DNA of 64,000 nucleotides from positions 2,570,462-2,634,461 of the forward strand of contig NW_002060943.1 in NCBI RefSeq assembly GCF_000150275.1. The letters run 5' to 3'. Below are positions 13,208 through 28,000 of the stretch, piece by piece. Under the pieces are notes generated by a model. It searched no databases and was not told the DNA's origin. It saw nothing but the letters and a program-made list of their open reading frames with translations. The position numbers and the translations under genes are program-made. Within the stretch, counting starts at the first letter, position 1. Each line of letters begins with the position of its first letter. This DNA is from Trichoplax adhaerens (lineage: Eukaryota > Animalia > Placozoa).

Positions 13208-14251
13208 GAATAAATTAATTTCTGCTAGTTTCTCTACTCTAAACTTGTAACTTATTGTTCATATATCCCTTCGTTTATGTATGTACATGTATTTATGTTT
13301 GTCTTGATTACCATTTCCTTGTGTATTGGATTAGCACCTTTGTATAACTTGCATAATCTTAACTCTTTGTAACAGAGAAGGAAAATTTATAGAGTTAACT
13401 ATATTTAGCCTATAGCAAGACACTGTAACATATAGTGTTATTTAAAATCGTGTTCCTGAATCATTTTATAACAATATAATTTCAAATCGTTTTAACTAGA
13501 AGTCTATTGTTCATTAAGTAAAAGATGATTCAGTCACATTCCGAAACATCTATAAAATCATTATCTGAGCTCCCTTTCTTATCTTGACGCCAGAAACATG
13601 ATACGTTTATACATATTACATAATAAAGTATGTCACACTATCGCGTATTATATGTACATGACTACTTGGGTTTGTCGATAGATTAGCAAAACAACGGTCA
13701 AATTTAGGGCAACAAATTGATAGTGTGAACGTTTATTTTTAAGTAAACTACTCTGGCATATATTATTAATATTATAGAGGATCTGACTCCTGCTACTTAT
13801 ACCCAATTCATATGTTTAAAAACTATGCACTAATGTTTTATGTGCTCATTTTCATTTTCCGAATCGGATCAGTATGAGCATGCACGGAATCAGTTAAGGT
13901 AGATTTCTCCAGCTGATCTCTATGCCATATAGAAAGGAGAATTGGCTTTAATTTAAAAGCTATATTTTATAATAAATAAATAATGTGAGATTATATACTT
14001 TAAGCTCGAATAGAAGTCTGACTCAGTTGCCTCATTAAGCTACAGTTGTAATTGGGATTAATCAAGTTGAGTTATAACGTCCAGAGTGACTGATAAATGT
14101 CTTAGTACCCTTGCCAATAAGATAAAGTCTAGATATAAGATATAATCAAGACGTTGATTGTAATATGATGACGAGCAATGTATTGTTTGTATATTAATTA
14201 ATAATATTCATCGAGAGAAGCTGTTAAATAGAAAGAGGTTGGTATTGAATA

Positions 14252-14265
14252 GTTGCCATAGCAAC
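14252..14265. promoter_or_regulatory. RFX X-box (GTTGCCATAGCAAC)
   Basis: Full match to the palindromic GTTNCCATRGNAAC consensus, ending about 68 bp upstream of the ATG of a ciliary-family gene. Confidence 0.85.
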
Positions 14266-14332
14266 CCAAGCATAACCTCAACAACTGCCTCAAATCTCAT
14301 CAGCTAATTGTTAAAGTAGTGAGCAAATCAAG

Positions 14333-17300
14333 ATGTCGGCTAGCTTAAAATCACAAGAAGGTAAGAATACTGTAAGACATTGTTAAAATATTTTTAACTG
14401 GATACTAGAAGCAGCTTATCTATCATCATTGAAAATTTTGTTATTACAGAAATCAAATTTAAATCAGTGAGCTAATAACAGTTCTTTATTTTAGCGCCTA
14501 AAGGTCCGGATGTAGTTTTTGGAACAACTCAAAATCGTTCCCTTTTTACCGAGAAACCTCTAACGAATCGATTAGGAGGGGAAACAGCATTTCATCATGA
14601 TTCCCATCTTGGACCTGGTTGTTACGAGAATGATGAAGTAAATATAAATGGAAATACTAACGTTTCACTCAAAATTACTTTAAGCCTAGAAAGAGCCTAT
14701 GCTGAATTCTATTATTGACTTTTAAATCAATCAAGATTGACTAATAGCATTATGATTAAATTATGTTGGATTACTTGGTTAAGTAATTTTTTCCTGATTG
14801 AACAGTAAAAAACATGTATCCCATTACATCCTTAAACTTTATCTTACTAATGTACTGGTGATATAATTTGAAAAAGCCCTGAAAATTAGTAATTTCACGA
14901 TAGATAATGTTTCTAGTCTAAAAATTTAGTATTGCATTAATATATTAGAGGTTATTAACTATTTAATATATATATAATATGTAATGCAATGATGTTTTTT
15001 TAGGTTTTGGCTCTAGATTGTATTTCAATATATTGAATCATTAATATCATAAGTTGCTGATAACTAAGTCGTACATAGTTTAGATTGGCTGTAATGGTTC
15101 TTAATGCCAATTTATAATTATTATAGATGACACGATCATTGGCATTGCTAGCGAATCATGTAGAAAGTAATCGAGGTTATGGATTTTCTAGTCGGTCAGC
15201 GGCACGATTTCCTAAACCCCACATAGTAAGTTATAAATGATGCTAATTCCGGTTCTAAATTAGATTAATAATGTATGACAGCTATTTTTAAATATAAGAG
15301 TAGAATTCGAATCTTTTTGACTATTAATCCACTAACGTCTAATTTCCGACCGTAATATATATGAATTTACTGATGCGAAAATAAATTATAACTGTTTTTT
15401 TATTAGAATGATTTTCCTAGCCCAGCAGAATATCAGAGACCCAAATTAACGGTTGCAAAGCCGGCATATAAGCCATTTAATACTGCCATGAAGTTGCCGC
15501 AGATAAAGGTTTGTAGACAATTTATTACGATCGAAGACATCAAAACTTTTTAAATATATTTGCTAAAATAGATTACTTTGCTGAAGTCCCGTAGAACTGC
15601 CATACTAAGTTATTTATACGTTTGAAAAGAAGTTGTCAGTGCAGTCATACAATATAGTTCAATCAATTGAACAAAATCACAGAAATTTGACCAATATATA
15701 CATACTAAAATTATTCTATAGTTGTTTATAACTCTATATGAATGCTGAGAAAGTTTCACGCTATAACTATTACAGTACATTTAAGGGCTAATAAAATCAC
15801 AGGACGTAAAATTGTCATCCCTTGTGAAAGGAATGCAAAGCTTAAGTATATAGTACAGTATAAGGTAGTTAATTAAGTGAACAGAAATTTCGAATCGTAC
15901 AATGCGGCATCGGTTTCTTTATTTTGATGTATTAATATTTTTAAAACAGTATAGCATATTTGAGAAGAAGCTCTAAGTTATAACTATCTCGTATCTATTT
16001 TATGCTTTACATTACTATTCGATAGCAATATTTCAAAGATACTAAACAGTAGCGACCATCATGTGATCTGAAGCAACTATATAGTTAGAAACGAAAGCTA
16101 AATAATCACTTAGTATACTTAATCAAGATTATATTAGCTTTAAATTCTAATTTCGCTTCTATTTTATATTACTCTCAGCAAAGTTTCATGCTGAAACCAT
16201 TCTATTATATATGATCAGATTAACTTGAATACGATACAACATAGAAAGAAAATCTTAAATGCTAGCGTATGCTTTATAATGCAATCAAAAGGATAAAATC
16301 GTTGAATTATGTTAAATACTACAGTTAACTATATTTGTGCTACTATTTGGTCATTATGCAGTATTTATCAAGTTGTACACAGTACTGGTACTAATGCAAT
16401 TATAACACATAAAATTAGTAGTTTTCGTAGTCAGGGTAGATTTCCTCTTTATTTTATTTACTTTTAAGCTAAGGAATGATTATGCTGCTAACTTCTTTAA
16501 TTGATGGAAATAAGTATAGATTGTTTATTTATATTCACATACCGCATATGTTTACTGCGATACCTCTACTATAATCACTATAATTTATAATTAAAAGTGT
16601 AAATGTATTTCCAGTCAAGATGATGATTACAAATTTTTTAACTTGTTTAAGGGCTTTCGTTGAATTTTATAATATTTAATTTTGTTTCATCCCTAAAGTA
16701 TAACTGACTCTTGATCTTTCCCAGCACTATATAAATCGAGAATATTAGATAATTAATCTAGAAATAGATTCAAAATCAATAACTTAAACTGTATTATTAT
16801 AATAAGAATGATTTACTATTTCATCAATTGCATTGCAGTTACAGTTGAAATGATGAACTCAAACATGAATTTAGTTTGTTTTATTAAGCAAGTCAATGTT
16901 AGCTGACTTTGCATTTAGCCAGAGCTTACCCATAGTATCTAGTAGATAGAGCATACCCGTAGAATCTGGGTACTACGGGTACCCAGATTCAATTAGTGAA
17001 TAGTAATTCGTCATCCTATCAATACAGGATCCTCTGTTCTAATTTAATTGAAATAGAGTATACATGAATTGATTAAAAATTCTATTACTATTGGAAGAAT
17101 ATAACATCTCCTTTATTTCGTTAAAGCAGTATTATGTAAGACAATGGTCTAATTTAAATCAAATATATATTAAAATATATGGTCTAAAGTACAGTTTATG
17201 CAGTGTAAAATGTAGTATTTTATTTCTTTTTCTGTACAGTTTGTGGAGTAAAGCAAAATATATTTCACTTATATATTTGTAATATAATGGTTAATATTAG

Positions 17301-18966
17301 TGCATGTGCCTAACTAGTAATAGATAGATGATGATATTCATTTTCTGTGATTTCATAAGATCACAAAGTAAATATTTGGTAGTGAGAAAGGATTTATATT
17401 CTGGCGGTATACGTGTATTCTAAGCTAGGAGTATAATCTAGGATGTTGCAACGCTACTAATGGCTTGATTTATGATCAGTTTTATAGCTATTCAAAGCCC
17501 TTTAAATAATGATGCATTATGTGTAGTCATAATTTGCACGTAAATCAGTGTTCGGTGCCTCTAAAATGTACTTAGTTATAGATTTAAACTGACAGCATAG
17601 TAGAAAATTAATTTTTCTTTCTTAGATGCCAATAGTACTACAGATCGTATACCAAGCATTACTTAAGCTATTCATTTACTGAACCTTTATGCAGTAACAA
17701 TCAAAGATTATAGAGAGCCTATCAGTTAAGGGTATTTATTTATATTTATATGATTATGGAGTTATGCTTTAGTAATACGAGCTTCTCAAACAAACTAAAT
17801 ATTGCAGTAGACAAGATTATCTTTTTCTCTAATCTTCATATAGATAGTAAAGAAATAGAATCGTTACCACTGCCAGTTAAAATAAATATTAGTATTTATT
17901 CTGGCATGGTATTTTAATGGATATCAAAGATGTGCTTGTCTAGATTGTCGGATAAACATATGTTTCCCTCACATAATCTGTGTATAATAAATGTTAAGCA
18001 ATAATCAACAAGGCTTTTATCAATTTTAAATTGTTCGTCATTACATTATTAGAGATCTCGATAAATTAAAGTATTCATAGTTCATAACTTACTAGATCAT
18101 AGACTTAAAAATATACATTAAGCCACTTAAAACAATTTTCAACCATATATTGCTAAGATGTTAATACATTAGTTTCTAAGTAGATTTTATTTTAAAAAAG
18201 CTCGTGGATTGGTTTAATTCCTAGCCTAATATATCATTATTTAATGTTGTACTATTATTTAATGATTTCCATTAAGCGATATGAAAACTATAGTAATTGA
18301 CAATTTAAAATGTGTCGTCTCACTTTGGCGATGCTGAAGGTCTTGATAAAATATTAATAACGTATAAATTAATAGTTTTTAAGTGTATGTCCACTGTTAG
18401 CTCACTAGTTCAGAGCATTATTAATAAGTAATATTATTGATGATATAATCTACGTCATAAAAAGTTTATTAAATTATCGTTTTCTTTTTCATTGCACATT
18501 GATGTTAAATCTTTGCCATTGGATTGGATAGAAAACTTACGCGAATCCAGGGTATTAAAATAGCAACCTTGGAGCGAAATATATTATTGCAATACTCATT
18601 TTTCAGTTATAGTCTATATGAAAATATCGTATTATACCTAAATGATAGGCTAACTTATTTATAAATTTTACTTTGCAGTCCTGGAGCATATGAACATGAA
18701 ATTAATCGAAATCGACGTGTTACTGTCCCTGTAGCTTTCGGTAGGAAGCCACTGCGAAATAGTATTAAGATAAAATATCACCTTACTGAAGACGACACTG
18801 TAAGTCCTCTAGTTGGTTACTTTTCATCTTAACAGACATTTTATCTTATTTACGGTATGTTGTATCTATATTTAATTTCATTTATCTTACGTAATCATAG
18901 GTGATGACAGAAAGAGAACTAAAAAAGTTAAAATTTCGAGAAGCATATTTATCGCTATATTTTTAG
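14333..18966 (+). CDS. PIFO: Pitchfork / CIMAP3-like ciliary microtubule-associated protein (PGP/SHIPPO-type repeats), 7 exons
   Basis: Approximate exons: 14333-14360, 14495-14637, 15127-15225, 15407-15508, 18532-18551, 18679-18799, 18901-18966. Translation contains FGTTQNRSLF, LGPGCY, RGYGFSSRSAARF, PSPAEYQ, PFN, PGPGAY and C-terminal AYLSLYF*, following the Pitchfork motif order as I recall it. Confidence 0.82.
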
Positions 18967-21900
18967 CTAGTGCTGCGCCAGCTATTATAACTAAGTTGAC
19001 TAATTACCAATTAATTACATAAATAGTAATGATTAACTGAATATATAAGGGAAAAGAATAACACACTAATATATCTATTCAGATAGTAGAGAAAGGGGTG
19101 ATACCGTGTAATACATTACTATGGGCAAACGTATATAGCGGCTCGAAAATGATCCGAATTAAGTAGTACAATTGTACTGTAAAATAATTAAAATTAGATT
19201 TTTATATTCCGATTGCTCTGACTAGCTTGAATGAATCAAAAATTGGCTTGTTCCTGTACCATAGTTAATGACTAAAATATTCTTGTTCTTGTATGCATTA
19301 AATGTTATATTGTTAATTTACTTTTTCATAAATGATTGGAATTGCGCTTATGATTTGTAAAATATACGTATTTTAAAGTATATAATAAGATGTGAAATAA
19401 ACAGTATGGCAGCTTTGTAATTTTAGCGATTTAGATAATTTCTTAACTTTATCTAAAGGAAATATCGCCAAATTTTTGGCTCATATAGTAAACTAATTGA
19501 ATAGGTTAAAATTGTCTTGTTTCTGCAGTAAAATAGATTAGCTGGTGTTAATACTTAAATTTTAGATTTTGGGACAGCCGTAATTTAATTCCAATCGATC
19601 TTTTACTTTCTTGAGTAAAAATAACTGCAAATTATCTCTAGATATAGATCTAATAATACTGAAATAAGAAGTACTGTCAGTAGGATAATATTTGCTACTT
19701 ATAGTGGCTGTTGATTTCGTTGAAAAGGAAGAATATTTGCTATCTCACTTGTACATGTAAGACAGTGTAGCAGGGCAAATTTAAATCGGAATGGTCTATT
19801 AGCTCTTAATATTATTAGAACGAATATTACTTAATATTACAATTATAGGGCAAAAATAAATATACAACTTAAAATTATGCCCGAGTTTATGTTTCATATC
19901 TGAAACAAAAACGTATTGTAAATAATCATAAATTTATTAATTACCTGTCATTTCCGATAATTTTCCGAACGAAAGGTTATTTAGCTTTTTTATTTATACA
20001 CATCAAGGTAAAATAAAAGGCCAAACTTAATTATATATTAGCTAATTTCTTCGTATTTAGAAAAAGTTATATTTTAATTTCTTGCTCTAGAAATAGATTG
20101 TTATTAATTAGTTGTCTGAATGTACTATCACTTAGAAATTTTACCTGAGTGGCGAAGGAAAATATACAACTTTCCGATTGTTTTACAGATTGATCTCCAA
20201 GTCAGAAAGAAGAGTATTTGCATAGTATTGGCGTACTTTTGAAGCCTTCTAGTTTTAACTGACGATCATTTAATTCTTAACTTATGTAATTAAGTAATTG
20301 TACAATTAAATGTCGTTTCATGGTTTACGTTCAAGTAGCTTGTAGGCTTTCATCGATCGAGTGTGATTAATCATTGAAATCGAATCTTTACCACCGATTT
20401 AATGATTTAAAAACTACTTCGATGACGGGGTAAACACCTTTCCATGTGAAAATTTTATGTGAGAAGGTGCTAAGAAATGATAAAACACTCCAATCCATTG
20501 TGAACGGACATTTGTATACTGTTGATAGAGGAGATCTGTAATAATCAAGGTATTAAACAACATGGATAGTCTTATTTTTAGGTCTTACTTTTTAATTAAA
20601 ATAAGATACTGAATTTTATGAAATATTGTTCTCCATTGTGATTCCAATTAGTACATGTAAACTTTATCCATCAAATATTGATAGATTGTTGCATTCTTGT
20701 ATTAATATAATCTGATGATTAATTGCAATTGATAAGAATGTTTGCCTTCTTGAATAAACATACTACTGTGTGCTTAACTGGCACATTAATAATGCCAAAA
20801 TAGGCTATGAGCCAGATAAAATACCGATACACTAGTATTTTCATTTAATCTTTATTTTATTTTTGGTATTATAAAATTTCTGCATACATAGCAATGATTG
20901 GATAGTGCAGCAATTGTTTATAGCTTGCTTGCCCTGCTTGCACCATTGATTGCAATAGTTTTAATAAATAATACGACGTCACTAACTAATGGATAAGATG
21001 TAGGATGATGTTTCATGGTAATTTAATTTCAAACAAAGAAAGGATTAATTGTCGAGAAATAGTTGTTATTGCATTACTAATAATTTGATCATGTAGGTAT
21101 CAATATTTTAGGGTGTAAAAATTTTATAACCTAAAGGAGCAGAAATTTATATCATAAGATTCGCTTGCAACAATATTGCATACGCTATAATTACATGATT
21201 GATTTAAAGTGTAATTGTCCGTATTAATTCAATAAAAACTAAGACTATCAATTTACAGATATTCATAATAGGATCGGGAAAGAATTCACTAGCCTAATTC
21301 AATATTAGAATTATGGACACATCACTACGGAAAAAAATTGAAAGTTACTAAAAAATATAATATTAAGTCGGCGAATGAAGTAAAATTGCCAACATATACG
21401 TTACGTTCTACTTTTTGAACATTAGGCTTCAGTTTATGAATAAATCTTTCCTATCATAGACAAGTCTTCTTACTTAGAAAGTCAAGATTAACTATCAATT
21501 ATTTATATGATCGTCACATATTTCATATAGAATTTGAATCGAAGGCATTAATAACCCAAATAAGCCAGTAGAAGATGCGATATAGGATAATCATAACGAT
21601 AAGCAGGTACAGATAGGAATATTGAGAAAATAACAACATAATTAAAGAAATATCGTCAAAACAAATTGTGCATGAATAAGATTATTGATAACAGGATATT
21701 AAATGATGTGTCATGATTGTTCTTTTTAATGTATTTACTTGTACTGTAACAATCATAAATTGATGCACACATAAAATATACATAAACAATATACCAAGAG
21801 GAATAGCATGTAGTTCTAAATCAAGGATCCAAATTTCAACAAAATTTACAAGTTATTGTCGTAGACGATCTCCGTCTTATCGAAGAAATACAATACCGAA

Positions 21901-22049
21901 ATACTTAAAACACTATAAAAGTATGTATCCAATAATGGTACAATAGATCGTGCTTTAAAATATGCCATCGTGGACTATAAATTAAAGATTACTTTCAAGT
22001 AAAATTGAAATTACATTCTTTTTATACCTACTATCCCATCAAATTCTAC

Positions 22050-25000
22050 CTAAGGATACCAATCCTCTGAAGGCGCTCTATTTTGTGCTGAGTTCAAAGT
22101 ATTTGCTAATTGTTGTGATTGATTTTGGGCAGACTGCATTCGTTGCAAACGTTGCTGTAATGCCCAGTTATGCTGATGAGACATTGATTGACGCTGTTGT
22201 TGTTGTTGTTGTTGCTGTTGTTGTTGATTAAGCAGTTGCTGCTGTGGTGGCTGTGTAACATTAGATTGTTGCTGTTGATTCAGAAAATTTCTAACTTGTG
22301 ATTGCTGTTGTTGTTGCATTGTATTTCCTTGTCGTTGTTGATTTAAATGCTGGAAACGAGATAGTACATCTGGTTGTTGTTGTAAAATAGATTGTCAGCC
22401 ATTATTATAAAATTTGTTTAGAATAGGTTAAAGTCAATCTACTCTAGTCATAGGTAATATAGAAATAATCATATTGTAAAAAAGATCGAGTGCAAGTAAT
22501 TAAAGACTTACTAAGGAATTAGCTCCAAGTTCGAAGTTAGATGATCTCGTCATATTAACCATACTATTCTTAGTGCTTGTAATCGGACCCGATTGTGAGG
22601 TACTTAAACTTGACAACTGTTGTGCTCCTACAGGAGTCTTCATGGAATGACTTTGCAACAGCGATTGTTGCGGTTGTGGTTGTTGTTGTTGTTGGTTAAC
22701 GTACATTTGAGGCTGTCCTACAGAATGTGGAGGATAACCACCTGATTGCATCTATTGATAAAAATATAATTTTTATTAGTATACATTAATAGATAAGTAC
22801 AGATCATATTTTTCTAAATATACATGTTGAAATAACTACAAAAATACTAGTGCGATAGTAAAGTATGTTTTACATAACGGAATATTACGAGAACAATTAT
22901 CATCTGTTATGCTCATTGGTAATTCTCAAAATGCAATAATCGCTGATGTCATATCCATTAACTATAGTACGATCGGAAAAATATATCTGTTCAATAGTAT
23001 TATTAGCATGGTAGTATAATTAATTAATGGATGAAGAATATACCTGCTGTTTTTGTTTTTGGGTTTCTCTTGATTTTTTCATGACAACCTGTAAACAGTA
23101 TGATTATTATCACAAAATAATTATAACCAAAATTTTATCATTTCCTACATAATGATGTTTTATTACCTGAAATTTTTGAACAAAGTCCATCTATTCAAAG
23201 GGAAATATAGAATTGTCAAATTTACGAATCATAAAATAAATACATAACAAGGCTAGCTTTAGTAACCTGATCACGAGGAATATATCCTGTAAAGTTCTTT
23301 TTAGGATTATAAGTCAGGATTAACAGACGTAATTTTTCTTCTGGATTCAACGATATGCCTTGAAATGAGATAAAAGCCACCTAGAGGATATCAAGTTGTA
23401 TAGATTACAACAATAGTCACACTATAAATACCATACTAAAATTTTTTATACTTACAACTTTATTCTGCGTAAGAGTTTGAATTAAGTTTTTTGTATTGTT
23501 ATCGGTCATAGATATGTGAAATAAGATTTGAATTGATTTGCGCAAAAGAGGCATCATTTCCGCCTATAAATTGTAAAAATATCCATTATACTTTTATTCA
23601 CAACTTCAATTATCAGGCAATTTACCGTTGTAGGATGTAACTCAATTTTACATTGCTTACCAGAAGATTACCAGGAACGAAACGTAATATTAGTTGCCTA
23701 GGCCAATCTTCGCCACGTCTGCAAGTTAAGTGATATAATTTCTACTATTTAGAGGTTTACTTGACAAGGATATTACGGGTTGCAGTAATTCTTATATATT
23801 CACGTCGGCTAGAATAGTATTTATTAACTAAATTTCTTTTTTAATCTATTCTGTATTTACATATTTTCATTGGAATACGCATAACCATTAACACTAAGTG
23901 TTTCTCCCGATCTTCGATCAACCTATTTTAAGGAAAAGGTTATGTTGGTTCATAATTATTGATTGTAAAATTATATAGTAAAATATATATCTTTCATAAT
24001 ACATTATGGACTAATCAATGTCCTAAATAAACCTTATTATTGTGTCTTTCCCAAGATAATAGACCGGACCATATTAAATGCTATTATAAAAACATTAAAA
24101 TTGAAGTTATAATATGACATTTTAAACAAATATTCACAAGGGATTGATATATAAGATCAAAATAATTATTTCATATTACCCGTTGGACGTTAACATTCGG
24201 TTGCGGATGTCTAACATTTGGTGGTACAGTTGGATTAGTATTAGGAAATCGGTTAGTAATTTCGAGACTCGCTAAATAATGGATAAATATAGAATAATGC
24301 ATTACGCAACACATTAACCTAAGTACCATGTTAATCAATTTTTGTTATCTAATGTACTATATACCCTTTGTAGTAGACGGGTTAGTATGTGGGTATGATC
24401 TAGAAGTGTTGTCTTTTCTAATTTCTGGTATCGCTTCATTGCTGTTAGGCTTATCCCTATTTGCAACCTTGACTGGTGGGATATCACGAGGAGTTGGATT
24501 AAATGCAGTTTGCGGTGGTGTTACAAGTGAAACTGGTGCAACCATAGGAACTGCATTAGTTACAGATGGACGTACAGGGGGCATTATCGTTTCTGAAGCA
24601 GCTGTGACAACAACTGGAGTATTTTTTGGAGGTGAATTAATACTTGTACTCGGAGGGATAAAATTTCTGGTATTGGCGGTGGCATCATTAACAGTTCGAT
24701 GTTCCTTGGTACCATTAGTGACGACAGGTTGAGGTTTAGGTTCAACAGTGGTCTTTGGTTCAGAACGTTCTTTCGCTTTGATATATGAATGTCAAGTTGA
24801 TTATTATGTAGTAGTTTGTTAACGGAAAAATAGCGTTATGATATATGAATTTAGAATGAATAACAATTACTTGCTAGCTTGAAGCCTTTTAATAAGACTA
24901 AATGATGAGGACTTGTTGCATAATCCTGTGATGGCATAACGTGCAAATCCTCGATAATACTCTATTATTATTATTGAAACGTAGTTTATTAATAAATCAA

Positions 25001-28000
25001 TCAATAAATAATACCTATTATAACTAGAACTTAAAAATTATTATTTTCGATTTTAATGATACCTTATCGTAAAGTTTGCACAATGCAGAGATTCGTCTTG
25101 GCGATATTACAGATAAGTTGACTTTGCGCTAGAAGAGCAACCATATTGTTTATCGCATATAAGTAAAACAATTTTTTGATCAACGTAATAAAAATGTGAG
25201 ATTAATATACTTACAGATCCAATTAACTCAGCTATTCTTTCACAACTGTATCCGCAATATTGATAACAAGCCGAACTCGGAATACCACATGGCGAAGAAT
25301 TGCAGACCAAGATACAGAATTTATCACGAATAGCGCCACTAAAATAACATAGAAATAATACTGCAATTGGTATCTTGAATACAAAGGCATTCTAGCCTTC
25401 AAATGGCCACTGATATAGCATCTATATGCCTAATATGCTATATCCTTTATAGTGCTGATGTTATAGTGTAAAAAGTTGACTGCAATCAATTATATTATAA
25501 TAATGTGAAATATCAGAAAGTGAGTAGAGGAAACTTACTTTTCTTTATGATATTTAGCTTGCATATCGTCAAAACACTAAAAATCATTCATAGAAAGTTG
25601 ATAATTTCAATTTATGATAACCAATTGAGATTGTAACAAAAGAGATTGAAAATTTTTCCCGATATTTAGAACTATTAATATACTATAGATTAATTACTAT
25701 CCAAAGCAAAGTTTCTTTAGTTCGGTGTATATGAAGTAATAGTGTCATCGTTGTCGTTAGTAGAAAAGCATGAGCGAGATATGATGGCACAAGAAGAGAA
25801 TAATAAAGTACTCATCCTGATTAGCAAACTATTTGATCTAAAAGATATTAGCTATATATTATCAGGTTGATTATACAATATATTGTCAATTGACTGCATA
25901 GTAGTATTATGTTAATTTTCGAATAGATTAAATGTAGACCTAGTTTGCATTTATTAGTACGCAGTTTCTACTTTGGTTTAGTAGTACAGAATTAGATTTT
26001 ATCCTATTTTATTAACAATGCTTTAGATCACCTGTAAAGCAACACCCAATCCATCCTCAATCGCACTGTACTCTTCAACACCGCCACCATTAAATCTAAA
26101 TAACAACCCGAAAAATGAAAAGAATTAATTGAAAAACACTCAAGCATTCATAAGGACAATTAAAGTAACTCTTTCGAGTCATGCAATTTGTTTTTACTTT
26201 CATAACATTGAAAAGGTATTCATGTCAACAACAGGTGTAATAAGATTATAAAGAAATATTACTCCGTTATAACTTATGAATGAGTTCAAAAATATTACAT
26301 ATCACTGATTGAGATTGGCAGCTATTTCTGATCGTTAGTTACACTTATGATTTGAACATGATAATTTTAATCTTTCATAAATATTTCCCTCTATTTTTAA
26401 ATAGTTATTACGGTGAATTCAAAGCATTAAATGGAGTGAAAAGTGTATCGCACGTGTATCAGCGAGACACATTGAAGCATTATATGAAGGATTGTACATA
26501 ATCAAGGCTAAAACATTGGAAAGATATAACATCATGAACATCAAAAAATGAGATTTTGCAAGCACCTTAGAGAGTCAAGCCATTGCTTACAGACGTTCAG
26601 ATTATTGGTCGGTGGTTTCCAGCTTAAAATTGTGCTTTCCGGTGAATTATGCAGCGTTGAAAAAGCAATTAAACCATATTGTATAGGCGACTAAATGAGT
26701 ATGGAGATTCAAAATGTTGGTTGAAAAGGTATATACAAGAACATTGATAATTCTTTATTCAGTAAAACTTTGATCATACTTATTTCCTTTTTTGTTTATT
26801 ACCGCAATATTTTCACTCAATAAGAGTGATAGTGATTTATGCATAATGGTATAGCCTATTTATGGATGTTGATAGAGTAAACTACACCATTGATACTGCA
26901 CATATATATATACGATGATAGTTAAATTGAAACAAGAATAAAATATTTATGTACCAAAATTTAGAGAGTTTTCAGCTACAACTTAACGCAACCATGACAT
27001 CATTACTATGGTAGGTTACTATTTTAGCGATCAATGTAATATTGAAATCAACAAGGGCTGATGATTTCAAGGAAAAAGATGTTAAAGGAAGTCCATTGCA
27101 AGTTTTAAAGATTGAGTTAGATCATTCCATTTTTTACCTTACAATAAATTTTTAGGCTAATGATAGAAAGTAAATAACAAAATATCGAAAGCAACTGGAC
27201 AACTAACGGTGATTAAGGCCCAAGCAGGGACTTTAAAAGTTCCTAGCCCAATCGACATCGACATAACATGATTTATTTTAATGATTGGTTTGTGTTGTCA
27301 TGACAAATTTTCAAATGATTTATAATTTATTCATGCTATACGTAAAATAGACAAAACAAATTAAAGTCGTTCTTATTTCTACAAATTGCATTACTGTATA
27401 TGACGAGATTATCATCATAAGATCATTTTCATCGCTTCTCGTTCGCACTTTGATTACAAAACAGTTACAATCGCTGAAAGATATTCTTTACTCATTGTAA
27501 ACTTGTAAAAGTCTACGTCTACCAATCGATCATTTCATTAGAGTATATCACCGTGTTATTAATTACTATAAAATGATTGTTAGTAACATGATTACACATT
27601 TAGCTGATTAGTTTAAGAACCAACCTGCGCTTGTGTAGCTTCATTTTCACCATTTCTCTGGCTAATTTGGCTATCAAAATGAATAAAATATGGATTGAAT
27701 GTTTATCCCTTTTAATAGTTCAAATAGTAGCATACGAGTATATTTTACACGTCAAATGGTGCAAAAAACATAACTCGGTCAACTAGAACGGCAGTAATCC
27801 ATTATAATGAACTACGAGTAGAGATAGTTCATCGACGTTTCTCTAATTGCACCTAGCTCTGGCATACGTCAACATGATTTCGAACTAGTTTAGACAAAAT
27901 GAGTGTGTTACGATAATCCTATGTAGTATAACGTATGTTCAGAAATTGTTGGCAATTGATTTTACGAGAGTATTCGATAGTTACATGAAAGGATGGAGGA

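Noticed and set aside
16954-16970. ACCCGTAGA resembling the miR-99/100 5' end
   Set aside because: Only about 9 nt match, and no ~60-nt pre-miRNA hairpin.
20414-20540. Possible ~40-codon minus-strand exon between PIFO and MED25
   Set aside because: No recognisable homology or connecting exons. May be UTR or intergenic.
24328-24732. 134-aa hydrophobic + strand ORF
   Set aside because: Antisense shadow of the Pro/Thr-rich MED25 exon.
26412-26590. Apparent frameshift or missing micro-exon in the MED25 VWA domain
   Set aside because: Resolved by reading through the first GTAAG to the donor at about 26565, giving CKQWLDSLR|FNGGG in frame.
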